A DNA stretch of 64,000 bases from Uncultured Candidatus Berkiella sp. (GTDB lineage Bacteria > Pseudomonadota > Gammaproteobacteria > Berkiellales > Berkiellaceae), in the NCBI GenBank assembly GCA_964496435.1, contig CAZBZP010000005.1:10097-74096 (forward strand), read 5' to 3'. The translations under genes and the position numbers were made by a program. Below are positions 44,278-53,970 of this stretch, piece after piece; position 1 is the first letter of the stretch; each line of letters begins with the position of its first letter. The notes below the pieces were generated by a model. That model made no database searches, was not told the origin of the DNA, and worked only from the letters and a program-made list of their open reading frames with translations.

Positions 44278-44727
44278 ATGGACGCGTTTTTTTCACACCT
44301 GGTATTTTGGCATTGGTTTGCGCTAGCGGTGGTGCTGGCCATTCTCGACGTTACTATTGGGGCAAACTTTTTCTTTGTCTGGTGTGGTATTTCCGCCGCC
44401 ATTGTTGGTTTATTGAAACTAATAGTGACGGGTATGAGCTGGGAAATTCAGTTTTTGATTTTTGGTATCGGCGTCATTGGTAGCGTGTTCATTTGGCGAG
44501 CCTATTTGAATGCACACCCGCGCCCCAGTGATAAACCAGGTTTAAATCAGCGCTCGGCGCAATATATAGGCAGGACCTTTGACTTAGAAGAAGCGATTGT
44601 TAATGGTCGTGGAAAGGTGCGCGTGGCTGATACATTATGGATAGTTTCTGGTGAAGACATGCCACAGGGAACAAATGTGAAGGTTGTTGCCGTAGATGGA
44701 ACGATACTAAAGGTTGAAAAAACCTAA
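44278..44727 (+). CDS. NfeD-family membrane protein (YbbJ-like)
   Basis: Three N-terminal TM helices plus a C-terminal OB-fold-like domain (GRGKVRVADTLWIVSGEDMPQGTNVKVVAVDGTILKVE). Starts 3 nt after the qmcA stop. Confidence 0.85.
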   Translation: MDAFFSHLVFWHWFALAVVLAILDVTIGANFFFVWCGISAAIVGLLKLIVTGMSWEIQFLIFGIGVIGSVFIWRAYLNAHPRPSDKPGLNQRSAQYIGRTFDLEEAIVNGRGKVRVADTLWIVSGEDMPQGTNVKVVAVDGTILKVEKT

Positions 44728-44740
44728 AGCTTATAAAGGA

Positions 44741-44764
44741 GCGGACATGAAGTCCGCAATTTTC
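44741..44764 (+). terminator. rho-independent terminator after the NfeD gene
   Basis: GCGGAC-ATGAA-GTCCGC followed by AATTTT. Confidence 0.55.
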
Positions 44765-44779
44765 CAGGGATAGGAAAAC

Positions 44780-47659
44780 GTGCAAATACGGTTTGATAAT
44801 TATCTCAACACGCTGCCTGCCACGATGAAGAAAAACTTACTTCAATCATGGCAGGCTTATCAAATTAGAGCACATACCAATCAAGTTCGTATCCCACAAG
44901 ACTCATCTTTTTTACATGCCTTATGGTTGGTGCTAGCTTCAAGTGATTATGCGACGCATCAGTTTTGCCTACAACCTGATTTGCCTATCAATATTGCACA
45001 AGAAAAGCACCAACAATACACCGCAGATTTTTTCAAGCAAGAATGGTTATCGTTCGTGGATGATATTCATGATGAATCATCTTTAATGAAAGCATTAAGG
45101 CAGTTTCGCCATAAAGCTATCACCAGAATTATTTGGCGCGAATTAAATCATTTATGTACTTTTGAAGAGCATTTACAAGAATTATCGGACTTTGCCGATG
45201 TTTGCGTGCAGGTGACGACAGACTTTCTCTATGATAAAGCATGCGAGCAATGGGGTATACCTGTAAATGACAAAGGCGAGAGCCAACCATTTGTTGTTAT
45301 CGCTGTAGGCAAACTTGGTGCTCAAGAATTAAATCTTTCATCGGATATAGATTTAATTTTTGCATATCCTGAAGAAGGTACAACCAGTGGACCGCAACGC
45401 AATATTACTAATCAACAGTTTTTTACTAAAATTGGCCAGCAATTAATTAAGACTTTAGCCAACATCACGGATGATGGCTTTGTATTTCGTGTTGATATGC
45501 GTTTAAGACCGCATGGTCATAGCGGTAATTTGGTCTTAACTTTTAACGCTATTGAAAATTATTATCAATACCAAGGTCGTGACTGGGAGCGTTATGCTCT
45601 TATAAAAGCAAGAGTCATCACAGGAACTGCGCCTATTGCACAAAAGCTCTTAGCGTTATTGCACCCCTTTGTTTATAGACGATATTTAGATTATGGCGCT
45701 TTTGAATCTTTGCGTGAAATGCGTGATTTAGTAGCAGCAGAGGTAAAACGCAAACCCATTAAAAGAAATATCAAGCAAGGGCCAGGCGGCATAAGACAGA
45801 TTGAATTTTTAGCGCAAGCTTTCCAATTAATCAGAGGTGGACAACACCCGCAATTTCAACATCCCAAACTATTGATTATTCTAAAACGCATAAATGAATC
45901 TGGATTGTTGGATGATGCGACATGCCGTGATCTTGAAAAAGCCTACATATTTTTGAGACAAAGTGAGCATCGGTTGCAGTTAATGCAAGATCAACAAACC
46001 CATGAGTTGCCCAAAACACCATTAGATAGAGCCAGGCTTTATTTTACAATGGGTTTTTTATCATGGGCAGAATATCGTGTGGTGCTTAAAAGACATACCC
46101 ATCATGTAGAAACCTACTTTAATACAATTTCCTCGACACCCGCAGCTGAAAAAGAAGTTAACATTCCTAAAAATGAGTTTGATTTCATTTGGTCGAGCTT
46201 GCACGAGCCTGACAATCTAAGCATGCTGGAAAGTGTTGGTTATCAAAACCCCAGGGAAATACAGCAAATGTTGCTTAATTTCAAGGAAAGTAGAACTTGT
46301 CAAAATTTGAAAAAACATGCGAGTAAGCGTTTAGATAAAATAATGCCGGTTTTAATACTCATGATTGCCAAAGAGGATAATCCGGTTTTAGTAATGACGA
46401 GAATGTTACGGCTAATGCAATCGATTGCGCGTCGTTCTGCATATTTGTCTTTGCTTCTAGAGAAACCTAAAGCCCTGGCCTATCTCATTAAAGTTGCTAA
46501 AACCAGTGAATGGATTTTGGGCCAATTATGTTCCTATCCTGTTCTACTTGATGAACTCTTAAGCCCTCCTTCTTTGGAGGAAATTACAGATAAAAAGCAT
46601 TTGGAAGAAGCATTAAATCAAAGAATAGGTTGGTTATCATTAAATGATCTTGAAGGACAGATGGATCATTTGCGACAATTTAAATCTGCTTGTTATTTAC
46701 ATGTTGCACTATTAGAGATGGATAAGAACCAAAACAATATTAATGTGCCGCTTGTATTAAACAATATTGCAGAAATTATCTTGCACAAAGTTTATGACTT
46801 GAGCCTTGATTTCATGATAAATCATTATCAGCTGCAAGAAACACAGGAAACGCTAAAGGCGAAAATACCATTTGGTATTATTGCTTATGGCAAGTTAGGT
46901 GCGCAAGAACTGTCTTATCAATCTGATCTTGATTTAGTCTTTTTATATCAAACCTTTGATAAAAAGGGTTTGAAAAGTGCCTCAAAAACCATGGCTTATG
47001 AAGAATATAGTTTACGCCTTGCGCAACGTATTATACATATGTTGAGTACGCATACGAGCGCTGGTACCTTGTATGATGTCGATGTGCGATTACGTCCTGG
47101 TGGTAGTGCTGGATTATTGGTTAGTCATTTTGATGCATTTAATAAATATTTGCATACACAAGCATGGACATGGGAGCATCAAGCGCTTGTTAAGGCAAGA
47201 TTAGTGATTGCGCCATCTACCTTGTATAGCGAATTTGAAGCGTTGCGAGGAGCTATTTTAACGCAAGTACGCAATCCATTGCTTTTAACGAAAGATATCG
47301 ATCTGATGCGTGAGAAAATGCATGAAGGACATCGCTATAACAAAAATGAAATAAAAATGGTCAAAGGAGGACTTGCAGATATTGACTTTATTGCTCAGTA
47401 TTTTTTATTACTGTATGCCAATACAACGCCCTCTTTAATAAATTTACGTAGTAGCTTAGAGATAGTAGAAGAATTGCGCGCCAAAGAACGTATTCCCAAA
47501 GAGAATGCGATTCTTTTAATTGCGGCATTAACTTGTTATCAAAAGCATATCAGACGTAAGATTTTCGATCGAGAGCTAAGCTTGGATGAAGACAATGAAG
47601 TCAAAAATTATGTGCAACAAGTTAGTCAATTGTGGTTTGATATATTTAATTCTGTATAA
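44780..47659 (+). CDS. glnE: bifunctional glutamine synthetase adenylyltransferase/adenylyl-removing enzyme
   Basis: 959 aa with two nucleotidyltransferase domains (GKLGAQELNLSSDIDLIF...; GKLGAQELSYQSDLDLVF...) and VDMRLRP/VDVRLRP motifs. GTG start. Confidence 0.95.
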   Translation: MQIRFDNYLNTLPATMKKNLLQSWQAYQIRAHTNQVRIPQDSSFLHALWLVLASSDYATHQFCLQPDLPINIAQEKHQQYTADFFKQEWLSFVDDIHDESSLMKALRQFRHKAITRIIWRELNHLCTFEEHLQELSDFADVCVQVTTDFLYDKACEQWGIPVNDKGESQPFVVIAVGKLGAQELNLSSDIDLIFAYPEEGTTSGPQRNITNQQFFTKIGQQLIKTLANITDDGFVFRVDMRLRPHGHSGNLVLTFNAIENYYQYQGRDWERYALIKARVITGTAPIAQKLLALLHPFVYRRYLDYGAFESLREMRDLVAAEVKRKPIKRNIKQGPGGIRQIEFLAQAFQLIRGGQHPQFQHPKLLIILKRINESGLLDDATCRDLEKAYIFLRQSEHRLQLMQDQQTHELPKTPLDRARLYFTMGFLSWAEYRVVLKRHTHHVETYFNTISSTPAAEKEVNIPKNEFDFIWSSLHEPDNLSMLESVGYQNPREIQQMLLNFKESRTCQNLKKHASKRLDKIMPVLILMIAKEDNPVLVMTRMLRLMQSIARRSAYLSLLLEKPKALAYLIKVAKTSEWILGQLCSYPVLLDELLSPPSLEEITDKKHLEEALNQRIGWLSLNDLEGQMDHLRQFKSACYLHVALLEMDKNQNNINVPLVLNNIAEIILHKVYDLSLDFMINHYQLQETQETLKAKIPFGIIAYGKLGAQELSYQSDLDLVFLYQTFDKKGLKSASKTMAYEEYSLRLAQRIIHMLSTHTSAGTLYDVDVRLRPGGSAGLLVSHFDAFNKYLHTQAWTWEHQALVKARLVIAPSTLYSEFEALRGAILTQVRNPLLLTKDIDLMREKMHEGHRYNKNEIKMVKGGLADIDFIAQYFLLLYANTTPSLINLRSSLEIVEELRAKERIPKENAILLIAALTCYQKHIRRKIFDRELSLDEDNEVKNYVQQVSQLWFDIFNSV

Positions 47660-47738
47660 GTAGACTCATAATAGATATTTTATCTCGTATTGCGTTATAC
47701 TCAAAGCCGATAAAAAATGAATGCAAAAGGAGCCCCGC

Positions 47739-48665
47739 ATGGCATCAATGGCAGATAGAGATGGATTTATATGGATGGATGGGCAATGGCTAAAGTGGCG
47801 AGAAGCTAATATCCACGTATTAACGCATTCATTACATTATGGCATGGGGATCTATGAGGGAATAAGGGCTTATCCGACTGCGGATGGTACGGCGATATTT
47901 CGCCTTAAAGATCACACCGAAAGGTTTTTTCGCTCTGCACATATACTTCGTATGCCAATGCCCTTTGATAGAGAAACCCTCAATGAAGCGCAAAAGGAAG
48001 TTATTGTAAGAAATCAACTCAAAGCTGGCTACATTAGACCCATCTGCTTCTATGGCAGTGAGGGAATGGGGTTGCGCGCAGATAATTTAAAAACACATGT
48101 TGCAATCGCTGCCTGGGAGTGGGGTGCTTACATGGGAGAAGAAAATCTTGAGCGTGGTATCAAAGTCCGCACCTCTTCCTATACGCGCCATCACGTTAAT
48201 ATCATCATGACCAAAGCTAAAGCAACAGGAAACTATGTAAACTCGATGTTGGCTTTGCAAGAAGCGTTATCCAGTGGGGCAGATGAAGCATTACTATTAG
48301 ATCCAGAAGGTTATGTCGCTGAAGGCAGCGGTGAAAACTTTTTCTTAATTCGAAAAGGTGTTTTGCATACACCACAGTTAACATCCTGTCTTGAAGGTAT
48401 AACCCGCGATACATTGATTACTATTGCACAAGATTTGGGCATGAAGGTAGTTGAACGTTCTATTACGCGAGATGAAGTCTATGTGGCAGATGAATGTTTC
48501 TTTACCGGCACTGCCGCTGAAGTGACCCCCATAAGAGAAGTGGATGGTCGTGTTATCGGCAATGGTGGCCGTGGCCCTATCACAGAAAAACTCCAACGAT
48601 TATTTTTTGATCACGTTTATGGGAGAATCCAGAAACATCCTGAGTGGCTAACTTATGTCTCCTGA
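47739..48665 (+). CDS. ilvE: branched-chain amino acid aminotransferase
   Basis: Class IV aminotransferase motifs (HSLHYG, EGIRAY, TKAKATGNYVNS, EGSGENFF). ATG at 47739 lies 6 nt after AAGGAG. Confidence 0.93.
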   Translation: MASMADRDGFIWMDGQWLKWREANIHVLTHSLHYGMGIYEGIRAYPTADGTAIFRLKDHTERFFRSAHILRMPMPFDRETLNEAQKEVIVRNQLKAGYIRPICFYGSEGMGLRADNLKTHVAIAAWEWGAYMGEENLERGIKVRTSSYTRHHVNIIMTKAKATGNYVNSMLALQEALSSGADEALLLDPEGYVAEGSGENFFLIRKGVLHTPQLTSCLEGITRDTLITIAQDLGMKVVERSITRDEVYVADECFFTGTAAEVTPIREVDGRVIGNGGRGPITEKLQRLFFDHVYGRIQKHPEWLTYVS

Positions 48666-48743
48666 AATAGCTATTTATGATTTAAATAACTATCTAAAAT
48701 AACTTAAAAAGCTTTCTAAGGGTGGGCTCATCTATTCTGCGAA

Positions 48744-48752
48744 TGTTACAAT
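48744..48752 (+). promoter_or_regulatory. possible extended -10 promoter element for the LPS-core operon
   Basis: TGTTACAAT (TGnTAnAAT pattern) about 30 nt upstream of the ATG at 48783. No convincing -35 element. Confidence 0.3.
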
Positions 48753-48782
48753 GCTTCCTTTAAGTGAGAAGGGACCAAAGGC

Positions 48783-49013
48783 ATGAAAGCGAGTGATGAG
48801 CACATTCCAGCAAGTGCATCTAAAGAATACCAAGTCAGCACAAAGGACTTACCTTTATCATGCCCTATGCCCAACATGACACTATGGAATGCGCACCCTC
48901 GCGTATATCTTCCTATTGAAAAAACAGGTAAAGCAACCTGCCCTTATTGCGGTGCTCACTATACCTTGACAGATTTTCAGCAGGGCGCACATTCATCAGG
49001 GCATAATGCATAA
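48783..49013 (+). CDS. zinc-finger (zf-CHCC type) small protein
   Basis: 76 aa with LSCPMP...ATCPYCGAHYTL, a Cys4-type knuckle pair. Overlaps the waaF start. Confidence 0.7.
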   Translation: MKASDEHIPASASKEYQVSTKDLPLSCPMPNMTLWNAHPRVYLPIEKTGKATCPYCGAHYTLTDFQQGAHSSGHNA

Positions 49014-50055
49014 AATGAACAGTTATTCGAACTCTGCCTCTGATAGAACTTTAGTCATCGGCCCTTCATGGGTTGGCGATATGGTCATGGCACAAGCCTT
49101 ATTCAAGGCTATCAAGCAGCGTTTTCCACAAACCGCCATCGATGTGCTTGCACCTCAGTGGAGCCGACCATTGACCGAGCGCATGGCAGAGATCGCAGGC
49201 AGCATTGCTATGCCGCTCAATCATGGTGAATTTGGACTGGGCACCAGGTATAAGTTGGGCAAGGAACTATCCGGGGCAAACTATCAGCGCTGCTACGTAC
49301 TTCCTAATTCTTTTAAATCCGCGCTGGTACCTTTTTTTGCCAAGATCCCTGAGCGCATTGGTTGGCGTGGGGAATGGCGATATGGTTTATTGAATCAAGT
49401 TCGTATTTTATCCAAAAAGAAATACCCTTTGATGGTGCAGCGTTATGTTGCGCTTGCCTTTGAGAAAAATAAATCTATAGATGATGCAAGTGTTTATAAA
49501 CCAAGCTTGACGGTGCATAAAGAAAATAGCGAAGCGGCCCTACAGCGCTATCAACTTAACACACAATCACCTATTTTAGTTATGTGTCCTGGTGCAGAGT
49601 TTGGACCTTCTAAACGTTGGCCAGAAAAATACTATGCAAATTTAGCAAATCATTACCTTGATAAGGGTTGGCAAATTTGGGTCTTTGGTTCTGCTAAAGA
49701 CAGCGTTGTTGCTCAAGCGATACAACAACAAACAAATCAAAGATGTATTGATTTAACAGGCAAAACCAATTTGGGCGAAGCGATTGATTTGATGTCTTTA
49801 GCTTCTGTTGTCGTTACGAATGATTCAGGCTTAATGCATATTGCCGCCGCATTAGATCGCCCATTAGTAGCCGTTTATGGTTCTACTTCTCCGGGTTTTA
49901 CCCCGCCCTTAAACGACGAAGCGTATATTATTCAAGAACAACTTTCTTGCAGTCCCTGTTTTAAACGTATTTGTCCTTTAGGGCATCACCAGTGCATGGA
50001 AAAGCTCAGTGTTGATAAAGTGATAAAAGCTGTTGAAGGCGCAATCAGACAATGA
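49006..50055 (+). CDS. waaF: ADP-heptose:LPS heptosyltransferase II
   Basis: GT9 family: LVIGPSWVGDMVMAQ, PGAEFGPSKRWP, NDSGLMHIAAA, C-terminal CSPC motif. Confidence 0.85.
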   Translation: MHKMNSYSNSASDRTLVIGPSWVGDMVMAQALFKAIKQRFPQTAIDVLAPQWSRPLTERMAEIAGSIAMPLNHGEFGLGTRYKLGKELSGANYQRCYVLPNSFKSALVPFFAKIPERIGWRGEWRYGLLNQVRILSKKKYPLMVQRYVALAFEKNKSIDDASVYKPSLTVHKENSEAALQRYQLNTQSPILVMCPGAEFGPSKRWPEKYYANLANHYLDKGWQIWVFGSAKDSVVAQAIQQQTNQRCIDLTGKTNLGEAIDLMSLASVVVTNDSGLMHIAAALDRPLVAVYGSTSPGFTPPLNDEAYIIQEQLSCSPCFKRICPLGHHQCMEKLSVDKVIKAVEGAIRQ

Positions 50056-51119
50056 AGCGAATTTTAATTGTTAAAATGTCCTCAATGGGCGATGTGCTGC
50101 ACACTTTGCCTGCGCTCACGGATGCTATTCAATTTTATCCTGATGTCACCTTTGATTGGGTCGTAGAGCCTTCCTTTGCCGAGATCCCGCTTTGGCATAA
50201 AGCCGTGAGAAAAGTCATTCATGCCCCTTTACGACGCTTTAAAAAAATGCCAGTAAAAACCTATAAAGCAAAAGAATGGCATCAATTGATAAAGCAACTA
50301 CGTTATACAGATTATGATGCTGTTATCGATGCTCAAGGGCTTGTGAAAAGTTCACTTGTAGCCAATTTTAGTAAAGGAAAGCGTTTTGGTTTGGATTGGC
50401 AAAGTGCAAGAGAGCCCATAGCCAGCATATTTTATGACGAGAAAATTGCTGTTGAAAAAAATCAACATGCCGTGGAAAGGGTAAGACAATTATTCGCTAA
50501 AACGCTACATTATCCCCTACCAAAAGATGCGCCTGATTATGGGATTGATAAATCAAAATTAGCAGATATATCCTATGGTGATAATACGCTCATTTTTTTA
50601 CATGGCACAACATGGGCAACCAAACACTGGCCACAAAATTATTGGCGCCTGCTTGCACAAATTGCAACCCAAGCAGGCTTTGATGTTTTACTGCCTTGGG
50701 GCAATGAAACTGAAAAAGAAAGAGCGCAGGATATAAAAAATGCCTGCCTAGCAAAGAATACAGCAGACAAAGTAAGTGTTTTGCCTAAACTGTCTTTAGG
50801 CGAGATTACCAGCTTGATAGCAAAGGCCAAAGGGATTGTTGCTGTTGATACGGGGCTTGGTCATGTTGCTGCGGCAATGGCAACAACAACAGTATCTGTT
50901 TATGGGCCAACCTCACCATTACTTACCGGTGCTTATGGTCCTAAGCAATACCATCTCACAGTAGACGCTTCATGTTCACCTTGTTTTAGCAAAGAGTGTA
51001 AAAAAGGAAAGGGTTATGCCTTGATGCCGCCCTGTTTTGAAAGTTTGCCGCCGGAAAAAGTGTGGCAGAATTTAGTGCAAGCAATGGGCACGTCACGCAT
51101 CGCAATGAAGGAAATTTAA
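50052..51119 (+). CDS. waaC: ADP-heptose:LPS heptosyltransferase I
   Basis: GT9 family: ILIVKMSSMGDVLHTLPALTD, HGTTWATKHWP, VDTGLGHVAAA. 4-nt overlap with waaF. Confidence 0.85.
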   Translation: MKRILIVKMSSMGDVLHTLPALTDAIQFYPDVTFDWVVEPSFAEIPLWHKAVRKVIHAPLRRFKKMPVKTYKAKEWHQLIKQLRYTDYDAVIDAQGLVKSSLVANFSKGKRFGLDWQSAREPIASIFYDEKIAVEKNQHAVERVRQLFAKTLHYPLPKDAPDYGIDKSKLADISYGDNTLIFLHGTTWATKHWPQNYWRLLAQIATQAGFDVLLPWGNETEKERAQDIKNACLAKNTADKVSVLPKLSLGEITSLIAKAKGIVAVDTGLGHVAAAMATTTVSVYGPTSPLLTGAYGPKQYHLTVDASCSPCFSKECKKGKGYALMPPCFESLPPEKVWQNLVQAMGTSRIAMKEI

Positions 51120-51128
51120 AAATTGAGT

Positions 51129-52364
51129 ATGCTCAATAATCTACGGAATGATTTTAAAAAGCTCGAGCCTGACACTTTAGGGCAATTAGCAGCCATCATG
51201 CTTGCTTTTTTTGTGCCTACCTCGACCTTTATGACCAATGTGATGGTGTTATTGATAGTTTTTCTATGGCTGCTAAACCCTCATCGGGAACGCAAAATTC
51301 ATATTTTAGTCAATCACCCTTTATCCCCATGGATATTCTCCTTGGTGGTGCTGACATGCATCGCCATGTTCTATTCTATTGGTGATACCAGAAGCACATG
51401 GCTTGGCTTGAGAGATATCATGCGCTTAGCCGTGATCCCGGTATTAATTTATTATTACCAACCAAAGCACATGGCTAAATATGCACTATGGGCATTTACA
51501 TTGGGCATGATCTTAACCTTGATTTTGGCTTTTCTTAAAGTCTACGCCAATTTACCAATTGGCCTTAAATACACCACAGGTGGTGTATTTAAAAGCCATA
51601 TCAAAACCAGTTACTTTATGGCCATGGCAGCCTTTTTCCTTGCAACACAATTAAAGAGCTTACAATCACATCAGCGTACCATTGTCGGCATTATCATCGT
51701 GTTGATGAGTTATTATTTATTCTTTATGAATGAAGGACGCATTGGCTATATTATTTTTATATCCTGTTTATTTTGGCTAGCCTGGCAATCCTTTCGCGTC
51801 AAAGGGCTCGCTATTGCCTGCGTTGCGGCTGTCACCATGTTAGGAGGGGCTTACTTAACCTCATCAGTTTTTAGTGCTCGCATTAATTTATTGGCCCAGG
51901 ATTTAGATTTTTACCACCAAGGCGGCAGATTATTGGAATCTTCGCTTGGTTCTCGAATTCAATTTGCTGAATCAAGCAGTGAACTGATAGCACAAAAGCC
52001 TGTTATAGGATGGGGCACAGGTAGTTTTGGGGCAGCTTATGCCAAATTGTTTGAAGGGCAAAACACATTGCTTACCGATAACCCACATAATGAATATTTG
52101 CGGGTTGGGGTCGAATTAGGTTTATTAGGCCTTGGATTCTTGCTTATGTTGTTTTACCAGCAATGGCGTTTATCAAAACAGTTGCCAAGGGATATCCGCG
52201 GATTTTGTCAAGGCGTATTGCTGACATTTATGATAGGGTGCTTATTAAACTCCTGGCTCAAGGATTTTGCCGAAGGCTATTTTTATTGCTTGATGATGGC
52301 AGTTTGCTTTGCATCTTTGCCAATTCAAACTCATAAAGTATTAGTTAAAGCAACGTTGCATTGA
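51129..52364 (+). CDS. O-antigen ligase (WaaL/Wzy_C) family membrane protein
   Basis: About 10 TM segments and a periplasmic loop with the conserved GxGxGSF...HNEYL pattern (GWGTGSF..., DNPHNEYLRV). Confidence 0.75.
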   Translation: MLNNLRNDFKKLEPDTLGQLAAIMLAFFVPTSTFMTNVMVLLIVFLWLLNPHRERKIHILVNHPLSPWIFSLVVLTCIAMFYSIGDTRSTWLGLRDIMRLAVIPVLIYYYQPKHMAKYALWAFTLGMILTLILAFLKVYANLPIGLKYTTGGVFKSHIKTSYFMAMAAFFLATQLKSLQSHQRTIVGIIIVLMSYYLFFMNEGRIGYIIFISCLFWLAWQSFRVKGLAIACVAAVTMLGGAYLTSSVFSARINLLAQDLDFYHQGGRLLESSLGSRIQFAESSSELIAQKPVIGWGTGSFGAAYAKLFEGQNTLLTDNPHNEYLRVGVELGLLGLGFLLMLFYQQWRLSKQLPRDIRGFCQGVLLTFMIGCLLNSWLKDFAEGYFYCLMMAVCFASLPIQTHKVLVKATLH

Positions 52365-52375
52365 GAAGGTGTTGA

Positions 52376-53197
52376 ATGACATTACCATTCGTTAGTGTAG
52401 TTGTAACGACATATAATTGGCCATTAGCACTAGAGCGCGTTCTCTGGGGGCTCTTGCAACAAGATTATCCCAGAATGGAAGTCATCATTGCTGATGATGG
52501 TTCAAGAGATGATACAGCGGCGGTCATTAATTCATTTCGAGAAAAAATGCGTTGTGCCTTAGTGCATTGCTGGCAGCCTGATGATGGTTTTAGAGCCGCG
52601 ATGTGTCGTAACAAAGCAGTTGCTAAAGCCAAAGGCGATTATATCATTTTCCTCGACGGTGATTGTGTTCCGCCACAACACTTTGTATCACGCCATGCAA
52701 AGCTAGCGCAAAAGGGCTGGTTTGTTGCCGGCACCCGTGTTTTACTGAATGCAGACTTTACGAAATATGTTCTTGAGCATTCTGTAAACATAGAAAAGTG
52801 GCAGCATGGACGATGGCTGCTTGCAGGATTACAAAGAAAAAGTAATCGTTTTATGCCAACCTCCTATTTAGCATTTGGGAAATGTCGTCAACTACGCCCT
52901 GATAAATGGCAGGGTGCTAAAACATGTAACTTAGCCATTTGGAAAGAAGACTATATCGCAGTGAATGGGTTGGATGAGAATTTTGTAGGCTGGGGTTTTG
53001 AAGATTCTGATTTGGTCATTCGCTTGATGCGCTATGGCATAAAGCGGAAATGGGGCAAATATGCAACGGAAGTGTTTCATCTTTGGCATGCTGAAAATAG
53101 CCGAAATGAAATGCAAAAAAATAAAGCGCGTTTGCAAGAAACCCTCGACGGCTCGCATATTAAAGCGCAATTGGGGATCCGGCAGTACATCTCATGA
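52376..53197 (+). CDS. family-2 glycosyltransferase (galactosyltransferase-like C-terminal region)
   Basis: VSVVVTTYN, IIADDGSRDDT, FLDGDC (DxD) and NGLDENFVGWGFEDSDL motifs. Confidence 0.8.
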   Translation: MTLPFVSVVVTTYNWPLALERVLWGLLQQDYPRMEVIIADDGSRDDTAAVINSFREKMRCALVHCWQPDDGFRAAMCRNKAVAKAKGDYIIFLDGDCVPPQHFVSRHAKLAQKGWFVAGTRVLLNADFTKYVLEHSVNIEKWQHGRWLLAGLQRKSNRFMPTSYLAFGKCRQLRPDKWQGAKTCNLAIWKEDYIAVNGLDENFVGWGFEDSDLVIRLMRYGIKRKWGKYATEVFHLWHAENSRNEMQKNKARLQETLDGSHIKAQLGIRQYIS

Positions 53198-53904
53198 CAA
53201 TTATTCATCACACAACGCTGCATGAAACCATTTTATGCCAGTCAGACTATTATAGTCCGAGAATGCAGCGCTTACTGAAAGACATCGATGGCTATATTGC
53301 CAAACCATTAAAAGTTTTAAAAGATGATCCAACTTCAACTGTTGTTGTGGTGGAAGTTGATGGGCATAAACTGGTTATAAAGCGCGCCAATACCAAAGAT
53401 TGGATGCATGTCCTTAGACGATTTTTTTCTGCCTCAAGAGCCAGAAAAAATTGGCACTATGCACATCAATTATTAAAAATTGGTGTAAAATCATTTAAGC
53501 CAGTTGCAATTAAAGAATTGCGATTTGGCCCTTTAAAAGGGCGATCGTACCTTATTACAACTTATATTGAAGGTATCAATGCACGTCAGTTTTTTGAAAA
53601 AACCGCTTTAAAAGATGCGAGCGCACAACGTGTTGCCAATAATATTGTTAAGATGATTGATAACTTGGCTTATCACTGGTTAAGCCATCGAGATTTAAAT
53701 TTAAGCAATATAATTTTGGTCAACGAAGAGCCTTGGCTGATTGATTTAGACAGCATGCGTCATCATCTGTGTAAACCCATGGCAAGAAGAGGCGCAAAGC
53801 GTGAACGCGCGCGTTTTTTAGAAAATTGGTGTGAAGCGCCGCTCATCTGCCCTGAGACAGTTGCCTTATTTCAAGCCATTTTTTCAAAATCTCAACCCAC
53901 GTGA
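53194..53904 (+). CDS. lipopolysaccharide kinase (Kdo/WaaP/InaA) family protein
   Basis: Protein-kinase-like fold: VIKR Lys, HRDLNLSNIIL catalytic loop, IDLD. Embedded in the LPS core cluster. The substrate (Kdo or heptose) is not determinable from sequence. Confidence 0.7.
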   Translation: MTIIHHTTLHETILCQSDYYSPRMQRLLKDIDGYIAKPLKVLKDDPTSTVVVVEVDGHKLVIKRANTKDWMHVLRRFFSASRARKNWHYAHQLLKIGVKSFKPVAIKELRFGPLKGRSYLITTYIEGINARQFFEKTALKDASAQRVANNIVKMIDNLAYHWLSHRDLNLSNIILVNEEPWLIDLDSMRHHLCKPMARRGAKRERARFLENWCEAPLICPETVALFQAIFSKSQPT

Positions 53905-53970
53905 AATTCATAAGTTCTGTGATAGAATGAGCAAAAATTTCATAAAAGCAAGAAAAGAAAAGGGAAACGC